A DNA stretch of 32,904 nt from a virus (IMGVR_UViG_3300031726_000030:1-32904), one strand, 5' to 3'. Shown: positions 1 to 8,369, counted from the stretch's first letter. The notes: generated by a model not told the origin, from the sequence alone. Program-made: numbers and translations.

Positions 1-80
1 CGGAGCAGGACGAGCCAGGCGACTCCCAAGAGCAGGAGAATGGAGCGTTTGAAGAATTTGTCCCAGAAGGGTTCAGGCAT
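1..80 (-). CDS. small putative membrane protein, truncated at window edge
   Basis: Read manually from ATG at 80: MPEPFWDKFFKRSILLLLGVAWLVLL..., with a hydrophobic stretch. AGGA lies just upstream, directly after the stop of 91..297. Confidence 0.5.
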   Translation of the reverse strand, partial: MPEPFWDKFFKRSILLLLGVAWLVLL

Positions 81-90
81 ATCAATCCTA

Positions 91-297
91 TCAAGAGTGA
101 AAATTTCGGAAACAGGACGCGGAACAGAAAAGCCCCTTCAAGACATTCGACCGACCGTTGATCGAATCAGGCCCAATCTGGTATTGCCAGAGCTTTTCAG
201 TCTTTCGTCTCTGTCCGCACCAATCGCATACCCCGTTGGTGCGAACCAATGAGCGATGAATCTCTTCTCTTGCGAAAGGATCACGAGAAACTAGCAT
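91..297 (-). CDS. small hypothetical protein with probable Zn-binding CxxC...CxxxC motif
   Basis: 68-aa ORF with CDWCG and FCSASC. GGAGG RBS upstream. Abuts the stop of 298..558. Confidence 0.7.
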   Translation of the reverse strand: MLVSRDPFAREEIHRSLVRTNGVCDWCGQRRKTEKLWQYQIGPDSINGRSNVLKGLFCSASCFRNFHS

Positions 298-558
298 CTA
301 GACCTCCTTCAGACAGGGAGCTTTCGCCCCAGTGTAGGCCTGCCAGGACGCATCCTGGGCGATAGGCCGGACGTTGCAGAGGCCGATTGAGGCCTCGTGA
401 ACCTCGGCGATGGTCATCCGACAGGCTGGATTGAGGGTCAAAAGCTGATAAAACAGCACGGTTGCATCACTATAAGTTAGGGCGGTGAGGTCGTGACGGG
501 GGCCAAAGTGACTATATTGTGGGTCGGATTCGGGAAAGTGAGAGTTTGAAAAACGCAT
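298..558 (-). CDS. hypothetical protein
   Basis: 86-aa ORF with GGAG RBS, tightly packed with its neighbours. Confidence 0.6.
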   Translation of the reverse strand: MRFSNSHFPESDPQYSHFGPRHDLTALTYSDATVLFYQLLTLNPACRMTIAEVHEASIGLCNVRPIAQDASWQAYTGAKAPCLKEV

Positions 559-717
559 GGGTGGCTCCGGGGAAAAATGTTGTAGTTCACAAGCGCTTCG
601 AGGTTCTGGAAAAAAGTCGATAATTTACTGCGACCTTGGCCATAAAAAAGATGCTAGTTGAGATTTTCGGAAGCGTATTGAGACTGGAAAGGTGGACATA
701 GATTTTAAACGTTAACT

Positions 718-996
718 TTAATCCGCATACATACTAAGCATTTCCGCGACCGCTTCCTCTTCCGTCTCATACGGCCCGCTCCAATCAGTGCAATCCATAT
801 AGCCTGGTGCTGAGAGACGCGAGAAATAGCCCGCCTCGTTATCTTCATCATCTTCATTCTGGAATTCACCAGCCATGAAGCTTTGCACGTCTGGCAGCAT
901 GAATCCATCATTCAATTCAGCCAGACTATTTTCTACTTCTTCCACCGTCCAGCCAAGGATCTTGGCGATTGTTTCGAGCTGTTGATAGGTTAACAT
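718..996 (-). CDS. acidic hypothetical phage protein, first gene of leftward transcript
   Basis: 92-aa D/E-rich ORF with a strong AGGAGG RBS. C-terminal segment GYFSRLSAPGYMDCTDWSGPYETEEEA. Confidence 0.8.
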   Translation of the reverse strand: MLTYQQLETIAKILGWTVEEVENSLAELNDGFMLPDVQSFMAGEFQNEDDEDNEAGYFSRLSAPGYMDCTDWSGPYETEEEAVAEMLSMYAD

Positions 997-1020
997 GGGA
1001 TGCCTCCTGATTTAAAATCA

Positions 1021-1036
1021 TGCACCAAGTGTGCCA
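1021..1036 (-). promoter_or_regulatory. sigma54-type promoter for the leftward genes
   Basis: Minus strand reads TGGCACACTTGGTGCA (GG-N10-GC; consensus TGGCACG-N4-TTGCW). The predicted start site falls just before the AGGAGG RBS of 718..996. Confidence 0.65.
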
Positions 1037-1061
1037 TGTCGCAAGTCTAATGTAATCAATG

Positions 1062-1188
1062 GTGACGCAATGGGGCAGTGACGCAACGCGGCGTTGTGCA
1101 ACGCTGGAAATATGACAAATGAAAAAATAAGTTAAAAGGGCACTGAGACTTAATAACTCGTGACGCATTACGGCATGAAGTGACGGAG
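1062..1188. repeat. GTGACG(CA) direct repeats, candidate activator-binding sites
   Basis: GTGACGCAA at 1062 and 1078, GTGACGCAT at 1160, GTGACGGAG at 1180. Confidence 0.5.
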
Positions 1189-1237
1189 CGCGGCTTTTGA
1201 GGGTTTGGATGAAAAGTGATTTTAAGCTGAGAGTGTG

Positions 1238-1469
1238 TGAAAGGGGCTGAAAGACTAAGGATCAATGGGTGAAAGAAAGTTAAAAGCATACATCAAGCTG
1301 TGAGGTAGCCTTTCAGGCCTTTCACCCCTTTCACCCCTGAAAGGCCGACTTTCTAACTTTTCCTATATTTTATTTTTTCTCTCTATCTTGTATTATACAA
1401 CATTATTATTTTCCCTAATGTATCCGTAAAGAATAAGTATATGAAAGGGATGAAAGGTCTAAGCTTTCA
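1238..1469. repeat. TGAAAG iteron-like repeat cluster flanking an AT-rich tract, candidate replication origin or terminus signal
   Basis: TGAAAG at 1238, 1248, 1270, 1338, 1442, 1451. Reverse complement CTTTCA at 1310, 1319, 1328, 1464. Very AT-rich segment at about 1350-1441. Confidence 0.65.
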
Positions 1470-1596
1470 TGGGATTTACAAACCATAATGAGTGCATGAT
1501 ATGGTCTGCAAGCCCCTGAATGTTGATATACCGTGCTGTATAGCAGTATGCGGGGCGCTAGGCACGAGGCGAGGGACGAACGCTAATAAGCATGAA

Positions 1597-1741
1597 TGGC
1601 ATGACGATTGCATGGCAAGACTTGGCACGAGCATTGCATCAAGCAACTTGGCACGTTATTCGCTAGACAAGAGTTTTGGCATTATCGTTGCTTATCGCCA
1701 AGCTCGATTCGGCTGACGAATGAATTGGCGCGATCTATGCT
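1597..1741 (+). promoter_or_regulatory. tandem array of five sigma54 -24/-12 motifs
   Basis: TGGCATGACGATTGCA (1597), TGGCACGAGCATTGCA (1623), TGGCACGTTATTCGCT (1649), TGGCATTATCGTTGCT (1677), TGGCGCGATCTATGCT (1726). All keep GG-N10-GC. Confidence 0.8.
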
Positions 1742-1954
1742 TGACAAACGGGTCATGCACAAAATGAGCCAAGAGACCCTGGGGTGGTAGTTTTCGCCTG
1801 TGCCTGGTGGTGGGGTGAAGTGCTTGAATTTTACCGCCGTCGCGCATACCCCAGGCCCTACGCAATATACGAAGACTTTCGTAGCATTTCCTTTAAAATC
1901 CCCCTACCCCCCGCTGTAGTTTTGACTTACACTCCAGACATTCGTGGAGGCCCC

Positions 1955-2140
1955 ATGGCTGTGATCAAGAAGTCTGGAAGCTACAAGGGCAAGTCAAATG
2001 AGCTTGGACACGGTGGCCGCGCCGCTCAGATGCGTGATGCAGGCGTCCCAGGAGGCGTGATCGGCGCCATTGCTCGGCGTGAGGGCGCCGCTCCTGGAGG
2101 CCCGAATTACCACGGGAAGAAGGCCAAGAAGGGGAAATAA
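1955..2140 (+). CDS. small Lys/Gly-rich basic protein (61 aa)
   Basis: ATG at 1955 with a GGAGG RBS is a better start than the track's 1784. Sequence MAVIKKSGSYKGKS...GKKAKKGK. Stop overlaps the next start (TAATG). Confidence 0.8.
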   Translation: MAVIKKSGSYKGKSNELGHGGRAAQMRDAGVPGGVIGAIARREGAAPGGPNYHGKKAKKGK

Positions 2141-2679
2141 TGCCGCGAGAGAAGCCCCTCCCGGACTTTTCTCCGGACTTCGAAGCCTCGTATCGTGAGG
2201 TCTTCACCACCCGCGACGGTTATTCTCTGACGCCAGCGCAGCGAGCTAAAGCCAAGAAGGAAGCCTATACCGAGTGGCTTGAAGACTTAAAAGCAGACGA
2301 AATCCCCGAAGATCCCATCGCAGATCCAGCCGACTCACCTGCCGAGGCCCTGGAAAAAATCGTCTCGCATTCCCTAAAGTCCATGACCCCATCAGATGCC
2401 ATCAAGCATCGTTCCCAGCTTTTACGGTTCGCTGGGGATACTGTCCTTCAGGATCGTAAGGCCAAGATTGAGAAGCAGTCTCAAGCCTCAGGTCTGGCGA
2501 CGATCATGGAGCTTTTTCGGCAGGCGGCGTCCGGGGAAGGCAAGCGCGGGCCAGGATGGATCGACGCCGTGATGCTACCGGCCCTCAGCATGACGGAACA
2601 GGCCGAAGCGGCTGTAGATGTCATCGAAGGCCTTCAAATCGCTCCTGACCCCCTTTCCGCTCAACGGGAGGCCATGTGA
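2140..2679 (+). CDS. putative terminase small subunit
   Basis: 179-aa helical-looking ORF immediately upstream of TerL and coupled to it (GTGA overlap). Function assigned by position only. Confidence 0.5.
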   Translation: MPREKPLPDFSPDFEASYREVFTTRDGYSLTPAQRAKAKKEAYTEWLEDLKADEIPEDPIADPADSPAEALEKIVSHSLKSMTPSDAIKHRSQLLRFAGDTVLQDRKAKIEKQSQASGLATIMELFRQAASGEGKRGPGWIDAVMLPALSMTEQAEAAVDVIEGLQIAPDPLSAQREAM

Positions 2680-4202
2680 GTGCCTACGTCGATCAAGACG
2701 ACAAGGACTACTGGGAACGCTTTCAGAGCGCGACGGTGGTTCGGATGGCCCTTGACCCGGTGGAAACCGCCGCGAAACTCTTCGGAAGGCTCTCGGAGAA
2801 ACAGAAGGAAATCGTTGGTTTTGAAGAGGATGAAATTTTCCTCGGGGGTGGCGCCGGGTCGGGCAAGACCCGAGGCGTCATAATGGCGTGGGCGGCCCCG
2901 GCCTTTGAGTTCCAGGCCCGAGGGTTCAAATACGACGCCCTGGCCATCCGGCGCACGTTTCCGCAACTCAAGGAGATCATCGCACTGGGCAAGGAGATGC
3001 TCCTGCCCCTCGGAGCGACTTGGCACGAGGCCAGCAAGACATTTATTTTACCAGGCGGGTCGAGTCTGGAGTGTGGTTACTGTGAGCGTGATGATGATCG
3101 CTACCAGTATACGGGCCGTGCGTGGGCGCTGATCTTCGTGGATGAAATCCAGCGTTATGCTACGCCGGTTTTTTACGATTGGATCTTCAGTCGTCTCCGG
3201 GCGCCTATCAAGGAAATCGCGGGGAAGCTGTGGCGGCTCCCGCTGCGCGTCTTCTCGACGGCCAATCCCAAAGGGCCAGGCAACCACTGGCTCAGGAAGC
3301 GGTTTATTGACACGACAGGCGTCAATGGGGGCGTGACCACGCGCACGGTGGACACTGTGACGCCAGAAGGCGACCCTATCACCGTGACTCGCCGCGTCCG
3401 GTTCCAGCACAGCACCGTATTGGATAATCCGTGGCTTAGAAACACGGATTACGTCCGAAACCTGATGCTCCTGCCTGAAGCGGATCGCCGGGCGCTCCTG
3501 GAAGGTGACTTCTACATCGTGGAAGGCGCCTTTTTCAGTGAGTTTAACCGTAAAATCCATATCGTGAAGACGTTCAAACCGCCTGCGGACCTATCTTTGA
3601 TCAATGCGGGGGATTGGGGGACGGCGAAGCCCTCTCATTTTGGGTGGATGCAGGAGCTTTCCAACGGGGAATTCCACGTTTTCAGCGAGTATTCCACGCG
3701 GGACGCCGAAGACTGGAGCAAGGGAACCTGGCGAAATGCGACGGATGTCGCTGAAGACTTGATCCGCATCGAGCATCGGCAGGCCTACGACGTATCCGAG
3801 CGATGGTTGGACTCTGCCTGCTGGGCGGATGAGGGCACGGGAACCAACGTAGGCGAGATTTTCCAGATGAAAGGTTTGTTCTTCCAGAAGTCGGTGAAGG
3901 GCCGCAATCTCAAGGCCCGCAACCTGCGGGAACTGATGAAAGTGACCAACGGAAGTTCGCGGCTGAAGATTCATGACCAATGCAAATACCTGATTTGGGA
4001 GATTGAAAACCTTTTGACGGATGAACAGGACCCCAGCCGGTGGGACGAGCGCATGTCGGATCATGGCGTGGACATGCTCCAATACGGAACGGCGCGAAAC
4101 ATCATTGCCTTGGGCGGGGATGTTCTTCACCATCAGAAACAAGAGGCTTACCAGGCGAATCGTGCCAAGATGGCAGCTATGCGAAAGCGAGGAACGGCAT
4201 GA
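2676..4202 (+). CDS. terL: terminase large subunit
   Basis: Walker A GGGAGSGKT, Walker B LIFVDE, coupling motif STANP, RNase H-like nuclease acidic motifs AGDWG and DHGVD. Confidence 0.95.
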   Translation: MSAYVDQDDKDYWERFQSATVVRMALDPVETAAKLFGRLSEKQKEIVGFEEDEIFLGGGAGSGKTRGVIMAWAAPAFEFQARGFKYDALAIRRTFPQLKEIIALGKEMLLPLGATWHEASKTFILPGGSSLECGYCERDDDRYQYTGRAWALIFVDEIQRYATPVFYDWIFSRLRAPIKEIAGKLWRLPLRVFSTANPKGPGNHWLRKRFIDTTGVNGGVTTRTVDTVTPEGDPITVTRRVRFQHSTVLDNPWLRNTDYVRNLMLLPEADRRALLEGDFYIVEGAFFSEFNRKIHIVKTFKPPADLSLINAGDWGTAKPSHFGWMQELSNGEFHVFSEYSTRDAEDWSKGTWRNATDVAEDLIRIEHRQAYDVSERWLDSACWADEGTGTNVGEIFQMKGLFFQKSVKGRNLKARNLRELMKVTNGSSRLKIHDQCKYLIWEIENLLTDEQDPSRWDERMSDHGVDMLQYGTARNIIALGGDVLHHQKQEAYQANRAKMAAMRKRGTA

Positions 4203-6145
4203 TAATCCCTGGCCTCGATCTTCAATACACGGTTGCATGGCTGATGGACACTTGGAAGCGTGAGAAGCAGCGGCGCCGGCTCATGGAGACGACGGTCTGG
4301 CGAGACTGCTTCCTCTTCGCGAAGTCCAAATTTGGTGCGAATCCTGAAGAGGGCGTGAGCGGCGACGATCTCTCAACGCGCTTCGTTCCGGACTCGGAAA
4401 ATGGCGTGGATACGGTGTCGGCCCAGTTGATCCGGCTTACCATGCCAAACGCAGACTTCTTCATGGCCATTCCGATGCACCCTTCGGAGACGCAGAATGG
4501 CGCGGCGGCTATTACCTCTTTGTTAAAATACTATCATCGCCGAAGCAAGTTCAGACTCAATGCACTTCAGATCGTGAAACAGGCGGCGACATGCGGGTCA
4601 GGCGCGTGGGCGATGGACTGGACGACTCAGGCGGGCATGGTGCCCGATATCGTTCGCATGAAGATGATGTATCAGCAGCAGCAGGCTCAGGCCGCGCTCA
4701 CGGGCGAGAAACCCAAACGGCTTCCGGCGCTTCCGCCCATGAAGCGCGTGGTGAATTATCAAGGACCTACCATCGAGTCAGTGAATATTTTCGATATGGT
4801 GGTGCAGACCGACCGCTCCTATGAGAGCGCGGCTCGCCTCATGAAGTTCCGGCGTGATGATGCCTACCTGAAGGAACTGAGCAAGGAAGACGACTTCGGA
4901 TACGCCCGTTATACGATTCCGAAGAACACGGAACCTAGCCTCGATCCGGATACGAGCGACTCCATCCGGATCGAGTTGAATCAAGCGTCAGGCCTGGCGA
5001 TGCTTCCGATGGGGAGCGGCACGAATCAGATGAATGAATTGATCCAGGTCATGGGTGATGTGCCGGTGAAGTTCAAGGACGGAGCCGAAGTCACTATCCC
5101 GTGCTGCGTGGCGACGCTGCTGAATCAGAAAGACATCATCCGGTTGGAGGTAATGCCTACCAGCACGAGCCGGATTCCCATGGGTATCTACTCATGGAAC
5201 CCGAGGCCGAATGATCCGTATGCGGGAGGCGTCCTGGAGCGGAATATGGGACTTCAGGACGCGGTGAACACGCGCATGAACCAGTCGATCATGGCCAATG
5301 GCTTGGCAATCAATCCTATGTCATTCTACAAGCCTGACGGTCTCTTCGATCCGAGTGAATTTGTGTCATTCCCTGGCGCTTGCTATCCTTACATGACCAC
5401 GAAGCCTGAGCCCTATGTCATTCCTGACCAAGCGATGCTCGGTTTCAATGAAGTTAAAATGCTTCAAGGCATGTTCTCAGACGGGATCGGGGCGCTGATT
5501 AACAATAGTCAGGGCGATCAGAGTGCGACGGAAGCAACTATTGTAGCGAGCCTCGGTCAGTCTCGCTTTGGGCTGATCGCTGAGAATTTCGAGCAGAGTT
5601 TCCTGGAAGAAGTGATCACTCAGGAATTGCTCATGGCTCAGATGTTCATGACCAAGGAAGAGATGATTCGTGTGGTCGATCCGATGGACCCGCAGGCGCT
5701 TCCTTCGGTGATGCCGGTTGATCAGACTGTGATTCAAGGTGAGTATCAGGTCTTCATTGCCGGTATGCTCGACATGGCGCAGAACCAAGCGAAGATGGGC
5801 GAGTTGATTTCCTTAACCCAGGCGTTTGGAGCCATTCCCCCGTTGCAGCAAACCATGAACTGGCAAGCCTACGCTGCAATGATTCTCAGGATGAAGGGTT
5901 TCGGGGAATTCATTCCTTCCCTGTTCCCTCCCCAGCCCCAAGGAGGCATCAATGGAAACCCCGCAACTTCACCCCAAGTTTCCGCAGGGCCCGGAGGTCC
6001 GCCGTCTCCTGGCGGAACTCCAAACCCATCCGGGCTGGCCTCTGGTCCTGGCATGGTTGGAGGCGGCAGAAGCCCAGGCGAAGGTCCCGGTGCCGATAAC
6101 CCCGGCGGACGGCCACCAATGGCCGTTCAAGCGGGCCTGGGCTGA
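4199..6145 (+). CDS. portal protein (P22/podovirus-like), 648 aa
   Basis: ATGA overlap with the TerL stop gives start 4199 (MIIPGLDL...). Size and position fit. Segments LQDAVNTRMNQ...AINP and SATEA, plus a Q/P/G-rich C-terminal tail. Confidence 0.85.
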   Translation: MIIPGLDLQYTVAWLMDTWKREKQRRRLMETTVWRDCFLFAKSKFGANPEEGVSGDDLSTRFVPDSENGVDTVSAQLIRLTMPNADFFMAIPMHPSETQNGAAAITSLLKYYHRRSKFRLNALQIVKQAATCGSGAWAMDWTTQAGMVPDIVRMKMMYQQQQAQAALTGEKPKRLPALPPMKRVVNYQGPTIESVNIFDMVVQTDRSYESAARLMKFRRDDAYLKELSKEDDFGYARYTIPKNTEPSLDPDTSDSIRIELNQASGLAMLPMGSGTNQMNELIQVMGDVPVKFKDGAEVTIPCCVATLLNQKDIIRLEVMPTSTSRIPMGIYSWNPRPNDPYAGGVLERNMGLQDAVNTRMNQSIMANGLAINPMSFYKPDGLFDPSEFVSFPGACYPYMTTKPEPYVIPDQAMLGFNEVKMLQGMFSDGIGALINNSQGDQSATEATIVASLGQSRFGLIAENFEQSFLEEVITQELLMAQMFMTKEEMIRVVDPMDPQALPSVMPVDQTVIQGEYQVFIAGMLDMAQNQAKMGELISLTQAFGAIPPLQQTMNWQAYAAMILRMKGFGEFIPSLFPPQPQGGINGNPATSPQVSAGPGGPPSPGGTPNPSGLASGPGMVGGGRSPGEGPGADNPGGRPPMAVQAGLG

Positions 6146-6284
6146 TGGCGAGGCCTATGCCTATGGCGAAATCCGGAAGATGCTGGCGATTGCAGTGGCG
6201 ATCCCAGGGCGTATGGATGGTCACGGAAGGGTTAAACCGAGCGAATTTAACCCAGACGGGGAGGATGATGAAACACAGCTCTAA
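5952..6284 (+). CDS. small conserved-type head gene between portal and scaffold
   Basis: AGGAGG RBS at 5941-5946. 110 aa with LAELQTHPGWPLVLAWL, a pattern typical of post-portal podovirus genes. Overlaps the portal tail in another frame. Confidence 0.7.
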   Translation: METPQLHPKFPQGPEVRRLLAELQTHPGWPLVLAWLEAAEAQAKVPVPITPADGHQWPFKRAWADGEAYAYGEIRKMLAIAVAIPGRMDGHGRVKPSEFNPDGEDDETQL

Positions 6285-6336
6285 TTCCTTGCTCGAATTG
6301 AAATAACGATTACTCTTAACCCATAGGAGCCCTTCA

Positions 6337-7248
6337 ATGGCCCAGCTATTCACACCTACCCCGATGGATTTGGATCTCGGCTTCAATGGCGAAGAAGACG
6401 AGTCGGATTTGAACGGTGCCGCCAGTGGCACGGAAGACGACGCCCCTGAACCTATTTTGCCCCCTGCTCCTGAAGCCCCTGCCTCAACCCCTGCTCCTGA
6501 GCCCCAGACCCCTCCAGGAACGCCGGAAGCTCCTGCTCCGGTAGTCCAGACCCCCGCAACGCCTCAGACGCCTCCTGTGCCCCATGTCGAGCCATCCTTG
6601 GCCGACATTCTGCGGAACATGGAAGCGCAAGCCTCTCGCCAGACTCAGATCCTTGAACGCGCCATTCCCCATCCTGAAATCCCGGCACCCGGACCGAAGC
6701 CTCTTCCTCCCATTCCTGAAAAATACAAGGGCGTGTTGGACGAGGATACGCTGCGGGGTGCCCAAGTGGTCATGGATGCTTTGGGGATCACGGCTGATTT
6801 GGAGGAACTGAAGACCTTCCGCCAGGCTGCGACTCAGAAAGACAATGCCACTTCCGCTCGGGACATGATTCTCGGGCAGGTTCCAGAAATGAGAGATCAA
6901 GCCTTCCAGGATGAGGTCGCCGCCGAGATGACGCGCACCTTGGATGCCCTGGGAGTGCCTAACGAGATGCGGGGCCAGTTCCTGAACCCTGTTCTTGTCG
7001 TGCAAGCCGGGAATGCGGTCAAAGCCCGCCGAAGCCAGAATGCAACCGCTCCGCAAGGAGGCGCTGCACCCGTTCCTTCCATCACTCAGGCTCTTGCTTC
7101 CCGCGCAGGCGGAGAAACGCAGAGCGAGCCGGTGGCTGCGAGCGTAACTGATACTTCAGAGCAGCCAGTCGATTGGATGTCGATGTCCGAAGAGGACTAC
7201 GCCAAGCGGCAAGCTGCCATTCTCCGGAAGCAAAACGGTTCCTGGTAA
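6337..7248 (+). CDS. capsid scaffolding protein
   Basis: Acidic and P/A/E-rich N-terminus, helical middle, C-terminal DWMSMSEEDYAK capsid-binding-type motif. Lies directly before the MCP. Confidence 0.8.
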   Translation: MAQLFTPTPMDLDLGFNGEEDESDLNGAASGTEDDAPEPILPPAPEAPASTPAPEPQTPPGTPEAPAPVVQTPATPQTPPVPHVEPSLADILRNMEAQASRQTQILERAIPHPEIPAPGPKPLPPIPEKYKGVLDEDTLRGAQVVMDALGITADLEELKTFRQAATQKDNATSARDMILGQVPEMRDQAFQDEVAAEMTRTLDALGVPNEMRGQFLNPVLVVQAGNAVKARRSQNATAPQGGAAPVPSITQALASRAGGETQSEPVAASVTDTSEQPVDWMSMSEEDYAKRQAAILRKQNGSW

Positions 7249-7275
7249 GCCAGGCCGTTCCCCAAGAGGTTCATC

Positions 7276-8352
7276 ATGGCTCGCACCACTTCAGTCACCA
7301 CTGGCGCACTTCCTTCAATTGCCACCTACATCTGGCGCACGGGCCTCGCCGTCGCCATGCCTCTGCTTTGCTTCGAAAAGTATGGGCAGAGTATCAATAT
7401 GCCTGCGAATTCGGGCAAGACGATTACCTTCCGCCGTTTCGAGAAGCTGCCTCCCACGGGCGGCGCGGGCGATTACACGGCCACCACGCCGAGCCGTGTC
7501 CTGGTGGAAGGCACCACACCGGATAACGTGACGCCGACCGTCACGGATATCGTGTTCACCCTCACTCAGCTTGGCGCTTACTACCAGTATTCGGATATCT
7601 CCGGCTGGGTGAACGAGGTGAGCGTCGATCAGAACCTGATGGCTCGCACGGGTGAGAACATGGCGGAAGTCGTGGATTACTACTACCGCGACACCATTCT
7701 CGGCGGCTCGCGCTACTACCGCATCCTCGAATCCACCAACAACACGGCGACTCCCAGCCGCGTTTTGATCGCCGGGAAGATCGCCAAGGCCCTTCCCATC
7801 GCCGTCATTGGCCGCGATCTCTTTGCGGCTGATGCCAAGGTGGTGAAGGCTATGAAGGGATCGAGCGATGGCTTCGGGACGAGCGCCGTTCGTGCGTCCT
7901 TCGTGGCCGTGGCTCATCCGGATCTCTGCGCGGATCTGGACTCCATCGTTCCCACGGTGGTCAATGGCTCCGATGGCTTCACGCCGGTCGCCAAATACGG
8001 TTCTCTCACAGATCTGCTGCCGGGTGAGTATGGCACTTTGAAGAACGTCCGTTTCATTCAGTCCACCCACGGCAAGATTTGGGCTGGCGCCGGGGCGGCT
8101 GTGGCTTCCACGGGTGAGAAGTCCACGGGCGGTCAGATTGACGTTTACGGCGCCGTAGTCACGGGCCAGGATGCCTATTGCTGCGTGAAGTTCAGTAAGG
8201 ACTCCGGCAAGGTGATTTACGTCAGTGCCGACAGCAATTCGAAATACGATCCGCTGAATCAGTTCAGCGTCCTCGGGTGGAGGGCCACTGTAACGGGTGG
8301 CATCCTGAATGACGCTTGGCTGAAGCGCCTGGAGTGCGGCGTCACCGCCTAG
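7276..8352 (+). CDS. major capsid protein, N4-gp56 family
   Basis: MPANSGKTITFRRF, LVEGTTP, VAVAHPD, GEYGTLKNVRFI, DPLNQFSVLGWRA. Strong codon bias. Confidence 0.92.
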   Translation: MARTTSVTTGALPSIATYIWRTGLAVAMPLLCFEKYGQSINMPANSGKTITFRRFEKLPPTGGAGDYTATTPSRVLVEGTTPDNVTPTVTDIVFTLTQLGAYYQYSDISGWVNEVSVDQNLMARTGENMAEVVDYYYRDTILGGSRYYRILESTNNTATPSRVLIAGKIAKALPIAVIGRDLFAADAKVVKAMKGSSDGFGTSAVRASFVAVAHPDLCADLDSIVPTVVNGSDGFTPVAKYGSLTDLLPGEYGTLKNVRFIQSTHGKIWAGAGAAVASTGEKSTGGQIDVYGAVVTGQDAYCCVKFSKDSGKVIYVSADSNSKYDPLNQFSVLGWRATVTGGILNDAWLKRLECGVTA

Positions 8353-8369
8353 CTCTGGAGTCTCTTTAC

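Noticed and set aside
1597-1741. Possible mini-CRISPR array
   Set aside because: Repeats are only 16 bp and internally variable, and most spacers are only 10-12 bp. No cas genes are present. The conserved positions match sigma54 boxes instead.
1056-1790. Short ORFs across the control region (926..1168, 1056..1289, 1492..1716, 1608..1790)
   Set aside because: No convincing RBS, atypical composition, and they run through repeat and promoter elements.
3021-3036. Sigma54-like TGGCACGAGGCCAGCA inside terL
   Set aside because: Poor -12 box, lies within coding sequence (W-H-E-A-S codons) and is isolated, so probably chance.
4040-4198. N-terminal extensions in the ORF track (portal from 4040, adaptor from 10915, nuclease from 25129, exonuclease from 30870, basic protein from 1784)
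   Set aside because: Most overlap upstream genes. Downstream ATGs with RBSs or stop-start overlaps are better starts.
6289-6316. Possible sigma70 promoter TTGCTC-N16-TACTCT before the scaffold gene
   Set aside because: Weak match to both boxes. Plausible but not supportable without start-site data.
7249-7275. GGCCGT upstream of MCP, 24074 and 31957 as a shared phage promoter
   Set aside because: Only six GC-rich bases are shared, at variable distances, which is expected by chance.
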